Shown: piece after piece, positions 53,301 through 62,300 of the stretch | Layout: each line of letters opens with the position of its first letter | Position numbering within the stretch: the stretch's first letter is position 1 | DNA from: Tubulanus polymorphus | Lineage: Eukaryota; Animalia; Nemertea | Length of the DNA: 64,000 nucleotides | Assembly (NCBI RefSeq): GCF_964204645.1 | Contig: NC_134026.1 | Location: forward strand, 19,192,150-19,256,149 | Direction of reading: 5' to 3' | Notes under the pieces: model-generated | Told to the model about the DNA's origin: nothing | The model's input: the letters and a program-made list of their open reading frames with translations, nothing else | The model's database searches: none | Program-made: the position numbers and the translations under genes

Positions 53301-56300
53301 TATCACAAAAACTGTCATCATCATCATTGATATCCTCAATCGAATCATCGTCATCATCATCAAACTCGTAGTCTTTTATATAAAAAAATACACAATTACC
53401 AGATAATGATATCCAGATGAAGAGGGACAGTAAAAGCCCGTTTAGGATGGACACACTGAAGTTCAGCTAGTTTCTAGTTGTCCAGCCAGTACCTGATACC
53501 AAATTTGCATTCAGCCAAATAATTCGGCTGAATCAAAAATCATTGATACTTTTTGGTAAGATGTTACTCGCCGCAATTCTGTTTAGCTAGTGTGTCAACT
53601 TCCGAATAAATTCATGTAAACTTGAATCTGGTAGCCATATGGAAAAATTGTTATTTCTGACAGTAAAGTAAAATTTAAAAAAAGTTTTATGAAAGTGTCC
53701 TTCGATTAGAAATAGATTAAACATTGCGTAAGTCAAGTCAGAAGTAGATGTTTCTCATTTGATTCGAAGTTAGATTTTCTACGTCGGAAACTTGGCTGTG
53801 TCAGAGTATCTTATGTCTCCAATGATAAGAAACAGATTAAACCTCAAGCCGCATGTTGGACTCAAAGGTTATATGATATTCCTTTAGTTGAACCAAATAT
53901 GCTAAAACAGGTCAATATACGTGTAGACCTCGCCTCTGCAGTTGTTATATAAGGTGAGTCAATACATGGTAGTAAGAATGAGCTCAGTCTCATTCACAAG
54001 TACCAGTAGAAGTTTTCATTCAAAAGTTTGAAAATCTGACGTTACAAGTTTTTCTAAGCAATCGAAAATCTTCTTGCCACATAACTAAAGATAACTAGGA
54101 TATTTTCATCAAAATTGGTCAGTCAAAATTCATAAAAATGATTCAGCCTTGAACAATAATCCTGGAACTATAACCATTTTATAAATTCCCAACCAATCTT
54201 TCAAGTATAGTAAGCTTTTAGGTTAAGTTGCATTTCTGCACAATCATCTGATGAAAATTCGGCCCTGAGTAGGTTTATACGAAATAAGATATCTTTCTGC
54301 TAAGATTGTGCTAATGAGGTTTGACTGTATGTAGAATTTTAATAGTAAGGACAAGGTGACAATATTTGTCAAGAAAGAAAAGCAATATGGAGAAGAAAAA
54401 AATTTGTTAAAAAGTACCATTCATGAATACATTATAGGAGCTGGTGTATACAGATAAGCCACCTAAACTGATCGCCAGAAAAAGAAAGCTCTGAAAAATT
54501 CAAGATTTTTTGTATGGTTTCTCTTATTGTAGCCCTATCTATAGCAGCACAAATTAATATTGGCCTAACTCTTCGGTGGTATGCCTTTTTCCAGACTCCT
54601 ACTCTCTTCAGCATGCATATATACTTCTTCAAGGATGGTTCAAGAACATAAAGATCAGTCTTCAAGAGCTCTCTCGGTCATACGTGCCGACAATAGAGGC
54701 TACGCGGCTTTCAGTCATGATCGCAAAATGCCTATTTTCTAGTGATACATTGCTTCCATCATCACTTGGTAAAGCATTTTGTCTTGAACTATTCAATTTC
54801 TCACCAGTCTCATGTATCACAGGTTGTATTTCGGCTTTTGGTGGCTCTCCTTTTTGTTCCACACTTGAATCTTCACTGTACATAGCAGCTTCAATTGCAT
54901 TCAAAGCAAGATCTTTAGCAACTTGTTGCTCAATATCTGATTCACTTTTTTTGTTTATGTCGTTGGTTTCAGCTTGTTTTTCCAATTCGGACTCTTCTGA
55001 ATGAATTGCTGCTTGGATAGCTTCTTCGACAAGTTTGTGGCTAGTTAGTGTGCAAGGGGAGGAAGGTGATGGTGGTGGTGGAGAGGGTGCAGCCCCTAGA
55101 ATTAAGACAGATAGTTTGAATAACCAGTTTAAATCATACAATAAAGTCCACGCTTAGAGCTTGGGACAGCTATTCACGACATCGTCTTTTAGAAATACCA
55201 TAAAACTATCAGCCTAATCTTTCTTTTTCGGTTCATTGTATATTGTAAGATTCCATTTCATTGTATTAAATAAATGTTTCAAAATGGTGGCGACTTTTCT
55301 TGAATTACTTAATCCTTACATACTTATTCCTAGTCTTTTTATCAAAGATATAAGCCCATATGTTTATTTGGATGGACTCTCTTTCAAAATCAACTTATTT
55401 GCTTTCTCAGTGTTACGAGTGGAAAAGTACATTTCAACGAGATGATAGTTTGAACAATGTACCTCTGAACCCATTTTAGTGAAAGTTCAATGCATATAAA
55501 TCAAATCCTTTGCCTAAAGCAGGTTGAAGTCGTGGACTTTATTGTATTCTGCTGGGCGATTTTTTAAAATATAAGACTGATATTAGGGAATAAGGAAATG
55601 CTGCTGTTAATTGTTAGAGATGGATGCTGAATTAATGGGAAATAAGATTACAAGTTACCATATCAATGAAGCAGAAGAATTGAGAAATCAAACTGCATAT
55701 AGAAGCAACATTAAGCAGCTATTAAGATCATACCTCCGGCACAAAACTCAACATTACTTGTGGGATTGTGTATCACATATAGGTACTGGGAAGATGACTT
55801 GCCATGAGTTATGAACAACTTTGATTATCATTGAAGATTTACTGGTATTGTATTGATCTTAAAAATTGCGCCTATACGTCATATAGACCGTCACCATTTG
55901 TACTAGGTAAGTCACATAATTATAACTTCTCTTGCATTGCGATTGACTGCTATCCAACTATTGTCTCACACACACATTGTAAAACTTGGGAATATTCAAT
56001 TCTGAAATCATTTTTTTTCTGTGGATATTATGAACATTTGGTGGAATCTTTGAGCAAAGATATTCAGCTTGGTATATGGTATATCGGGCTTATTATCAAA
56101 CAAGGTGCAAAATCTAGATCGGCTCACAAATTTCCCTGGCTTATTAAAAATCAAGGATCAGGGACTTCTCTTGAAGCATTTCAAACAACTCATGATATTA
56201 ATATTATTCAATGCATCTAGAGCTTAGATGCTGTTGATTCAAGTGATCAAAGTATCAAACCATATCAGAAGCTGAGAATATTCTTGCAGTTACATAAGTA

Positions 56301-59300
56301 CATACATGAATTGAAACAACACCGAAAATGACTTCCACATCCAAAACCCACCACCTCATGAATCTGATTAGAAAAATGCCAAAGCTTCCATGAACCCGTT
56401 CTGAGTTGAATATCAATCAAGGCTCAAATTATTCTCTTTCCAAACATCATGCTCTCTGATTTCAAATTTTAGCGTTCTACTGTGAAGCATTAGCTCTTGA
56501 AGAACATGAATATGGAGAACATGAACATGAAGTACACGTACAGTAATATGCTTAAACCTTATAATACCATACGACCATTAAGAAGGAAAGCCAAAAACCA
56601 CAACACAATTATCATTGTTAAATAAGCTGAAATACCCCTGTTACCAAATGAAATAAATAGATATATCAATACAACATAACATCACTCACCATCTACAATG
56701 TCTTCTGACACCGTCTCGGCTACAATGTTACATGTAACATGCATTTACAAAAACAATTACATTCATGAGTAAACCGCAATATCATCTTTAGATTCAAGTT
56801 ATTAGTTCACACCCAGCTGCCTTATCCAATAATAAGTCCATTAGCTATTTAGGTCTTCTAACCCCAATGGATTTGTATTTAGGATAGAAACTGGAATGTT
56901 AACCCTTTCATTTGTACTGGTACAGATCCGGTTGATACAAACTGAAATACCGATACAAACCACTATAGTGTAGAGATGATAAGTGTCTATCTACTACCAT
57001 AGACCATAGAAAAGGAACCATTTCCATTTTTATAGTACCGGTATACACTAGGATACCATGTAGCTGAGCTTTATCTTGTATTTGACACCGGGGTACCCGC
57101 AGTGCTACTGTGGCAATTGAGGATTCCACTTATGGCAAGCGAGGATCCGCCACGTAGATAGATGGTCGTCCGCGTTCGATTTCTTCTACATTTCAATTAG
57201 GCCTAAATCTAAATGAACTTTTCTCTTAAATGAATCAATTATTTATAGTATAAGATTGGAAGTATTGTATATTTGGTGGGTGCTGTGATATTATATGGAT
57301 TGGGGATTCTAAAAATCCAGTTCAAAGTTCATTGAAGATGAACTAATTTTTTACAACGGACAACCTACTGCTCGTCACGCCATCTGGCGGGATAGCTGGT
57401 TTTGCAGTTACCCCATTGAACAATTCTTATCATTGCTAACTGCTATAACATGTAAGAATGCAGCAATGGTAACAAACTTAATAACTTGAATCTAACTACT
57501 GATAATAATAATGATGATATTTCTATGTTTTACTATAATACTGAAAGCAATTTGGGCCATTGAATACATGAATCTGATCAAAAAGCATGCAAATCATCAA
57601 AAATATAAAAATGAGACATTATTTCGTTGGTGTACAGCATTCAGTGCTTTATCTATGGGTGATATCCTTTAGGTAATGACTTGAATTAAATAATAGAACA
57701 CATTAATGGTGCAACAGTGTCGTCTCACACGTGCATCTCATAGACAATCCAATATCTCACCTTTCACTGTTAGAATTCGTTCGATTCTCTTATCCTCCAT
57801 ACTTGTATCTAACCATCTAGAATAAAGTTAAAAAATACATGATCAAAAAATGCAGATAGAAATTATACAAAAACTCCTGACGAAGTTTCTCAAAATACTT
57901 TTTAATGATTTAGAAATACATATTTTAATTGGATTACAGCTTACATATATACTTTGGCTAACTAGGGCAACTGCAACATTTTTTAATTGTTTAAGGGTTT
58001 GCTGTGGCTGATTAGTAAGATGTTAATAGCCAAATTAAACCATTGGAATTTTAAAGGATGTAAAGCATAGGAAGCTAATTTTGTTGGAGATTAAAAAGAA
58101 AAATATTCAGACCATATTCTATTAGTGGAAAATGTATGCATGAATCAGATTGAACTATCTTTATTAAGCATGAAAAGTTGAATATTCAAGAGTGGGATAG
58201 TAGAATTTAGGTACCTTTCGCACGTGAAGACATATTCAGATTTGGCATTTTCAGTTTCTCTGATGATAATCTGTCGACAATACCATCCTTCTCCTGCTCC
58301 TTCACCATCATGACTTACCACACACTTATCAATCTTACCCAAAGATACCGCTTCGATATCGAATTTATCAGTCTGCAAGCAGCAAAAATTTAGGATCAGA
58401 TTTTTCTCTGGTGCCTCCTTTGGGCATGCCAAAGTGGAAAAAGATTCCAGAAAGAATAATTGAAAAGAAATAATTCATTTTCAGTGCCGACTGTTTTAGA
58501 CTTCTTAATTTTCACCACAGAAAAAGAACCTTCCAAAGCAAAGGTCATGACCGCTTCCATAAATCCCCTTGGAATATCATCAAATTGTCTAACAATCAAC
58601 TTATAGAATGAAACGCTGATTAATATTATTCACCATAGGGATGGCCACCATCTTATCTTGTTTGGAGTTTCTATACAATTCACAATAGAATCGTGAATCC
58701 TTGATCTAAAAAGTAGGTACTTTTTGGATGTGCTCTTCAAGCCCTACCTGTCCTACTTGGAAGAACTCATCTCCTTGCTTCCGGTTTATCAATCGTTTTC
58801 CAGTGTCTCCATACTCTCCAAACAGCTGTACATAAACATTGGCATCGGTGTCAGCACCAGGAAGTTCTCCAGTGTGAACTTCCAGAAAATATGTCACAAC
58901 TGTAAATCGCAAAGTATCGTTTAAAAAAAAAAGGAATTTAAGAAAGTGTTTTTCCAAAAGTACAGTACGTATACAAAAACAGGGGCTGAGATTTGTTAAT
59001 TTTTCTTAGAACATGATGCTTAAAAGTACACACTTGTAAAGAGGATGAAATTACGAAATTTATTTTCACATGACAAAAATTAATGCCCAGTATGATGCAA
59101 GGGCTAACTAAGCTATATAACATCAAACATGCTCTATAGCACACTGAAAACTGGATGAACATACCTGGTAGTGAGTCTTTTCCAGGACGAATTGCTGGCA
59201 GTTCTCTCACGAGTTCCTTGTTATCGTATGCAGCTGACAACCATCGGCTGAATTTGTATTTCAACATCTCTTTTGTTGTCATGTTTTGCATCTTCACCTG

Positions 59301-62300
59301 AATACGAAAGATGAGTAAGCTACTTGACGAACGAGAATTGAACTGGTGGCGAGTGACAATCCTCCAGGTTTGACAGTACCGCATTCAGTTAATCAGCTGT
59401 GTTTAAATTGTGTCTATATACTGGTAAGTTTCCTCCAAAGTACCGGTAAGTCAATTATCAATCTAATATCATAGTTTTAGAGGCTCATCTGATATCAATA
59501 GGATTTGTAAGCCTAAAAATCCGGTTCAAAGCTGATTTTAAATGACTACCAGTATGTAAGGCTCACTGTTATCTTGCCATCTGGTTTTCAATTGATCCCA
59601 TTGATGGCCAAATTTTTCAAAACAGCCATAGCCTATCCGAGAAAAATGGTGGTAAGTCTAGTTACTTACTTCGTGAACTTTCCATGAAGCTTGAGTAGTT
59701 TTATCGAGAGGTGCCATCTCCAGGCGGATTTTAAATATTTCTCCCAGAGAAGACAAATTTATCTAAACATCAAGAAATAACAGATGAAGTGCTGGAATAT
59801 CATGAGTTTTTTTCAGGATTTTGTATCAAGTATTTCAATGATTATTACCCGTGGATAATGTGAGTTTGATTGACAGAACATCATCTAAAAATACCTTACC
59901 TTAAACTGGTCTTTGTTGCCCATTTCAAACAGACCGGCATCGTTAGTCGATCCTAAACTGATGAGATCTGAATTTCCAGTGTCTGAATAGACGACCATTG
60001 AAATTTCGCAGTTAACAGCTGAATCGGCTGTTGAGACCCACACCTTCCAGTCACCAGCTACAAAAAGGGAGAATATCAAGCAACCTAAGCGAAACCTTTT
60101 CACAATATCTAGTTAGAAAGGTGAAGCAGCAACAGTTTCAGTTTGACTCGTGTCATCATTATCAAACTAGAGTTCTGAGAGTGTCTTAAAAAGGTATCAA
60201 TATGCAGCCTTACTCCGCACATTAAAGGCTTTCACCATTTTAGTGTGAAGTCTTGACTAATTCAGACTTAGTCCATTTGATAGCTCATTTGTAATTTGTC
60301 ATAGTTCATTTGTAATTTGTGAGGTCCTGAACCTGAACAATTAAAAATTCGAGGAATAGTGAGATAAGTATTGAATATCTGAGCAGGATGGGACAGCTAG
60401 TATATTGATACCTGCATTTGTAATTCCTATGGCCTCTCGACTACTCCAGTAACTAAGAAAGAATGAGTATCTAACCACCTTATATGGTTTGAATGCCATG
60501 AGAAATGTTAGGAAAATGAACATATAACCCTATAACTAAACATACGTTCGAATGTGGATGCATCAGATTTGGCACTAGCTGGTTTAACTGGAGTGGAAGG
60601 TTTAGGTGATTTCTGTTTTGGGGTTGGAGTTCGATGGTGTTTTCGTCCAGAACTCTGTGGCCGATGACTGACAGGAGGTGATGGTAGGATTTCATATTCC
60701 GGTGTTGGTTTACGGGGAGCTTCTTTACGTTTTCCAACTAGAAGAACAATTGAATTTTCATAACTATAAATAAAGTTACATACATGTACAATACATCAGG
60801 TCTAAGGCTATAGCTCATAACTCGATATAACAACCGTGTACAGGATGAAATTGAATTAGATAATCCTTGATTTGATTACTGTTGATTTCACAATTTCAGC
60901 ACCAACAAATTGATCATAAGATAAACCTAATCAATGCTTGTTCAGACGTGTACCCGATACAGCCAGGAAACCAGGGAGGTGGACGTCTTTTGTTTCATGT
61001 TTGAATTTTTTGCAATGCAGTTCTGCATTGGACTTAGAATAGCCAAAGTTTCATGTAAGGTGACGTATCAAACCGCAAGTAACATCCTTCTGCTTTATCA
61101 AGCCTTTGCCTCTGGATAAAATCCTTAGTTATTGTTAAGACTTTAATAGAAATATAAAGACTATAATGTTACTTACATTCGATAACTTCCGGGAAGATCC
61201 GAACGTTTGTATCGCCAGTATCGACTGTAGGCCGTATTCGTCCATCTGGAGTCATACCGATGAAGAGACCTCTACTAGCAATTGATTCAATCGTAATGAA
61301 TCCATTATCTTTATAGCGAGACATTTTGAAGTGACAATAACGATCGCCTTCACCCTGAAAAACGTGCATAATAAATCTAGAAATTCTTATAGCACTTATT
61401 CGAGAATTAAAAAGCCACTCATGACCTCTGAATTATTGATCACTTAAGGTAGATGCACACAACAGTCAAATAACATATTTCCAACAAAAAAATAGTTTGT
61501 GTTTTTGTCTCCTCAGGCAAGAGAACACATGAATTTGTCTGTGCGTCTACATTGTAAATAAGACTAACCTGGCAATCACAATTTCCATCTTTGAGACGTA
61601 TGAATTGTCCAGGAAACACTGCGCTTTCGAACATGCGCACATTGTCTTCGGAGACTTTATGTACTTTGAAATGAGCCATGCGATTACGTTTGCCGGTACC
61701 ATATAATGTATTGTCATGATCTATGGCAATCGTTTGCGTCAGAGACGTACATAACATAATCGTCCCTTGGTCCCTTAGCATCCCCTGAAATCAGTATGAT
61801 CAAAAATTTTAAACACATCTGGAAACCAAATCTGACTACAGTTGACTCTTCCTCTGACTCTGACTCCTAACTGGTGATTCAAAACTCGTCCAAAAATTCT
61901 AATACTGTATACCTTGCCTAACTCAGACAAACTTGGATCGGCAAACTTGAAGTCAATTGAGAGAACCAAAGTCCAAGTTAGGGATGGGACAAATAGCTAG
62001 GAAAGTTTCGTTTTTGTCTGCGAGTTACCAGAGCTCAAAAGTATTAGTTAGCCATGTCTGAGTTAGGCGAGGTTTACCGTAATAAAGAATATCTTAAAAA
62101 CCTATAAACCGCATAAAAGGAGACGTTTTTTTTTTGTGTGTTTATTCATCACGTACCTTACAATAGACCACAAACTGTTTAGAAGGGTCGGCTTGACTGC
62201 CTCGCGTGTCACCAGTTTTGCTATCTGTTTGAACGTTAATATATTGCATGTTATGCTTGCACGATTCTAACATGACGCTACGATCGGGCTGTACCCGCAC

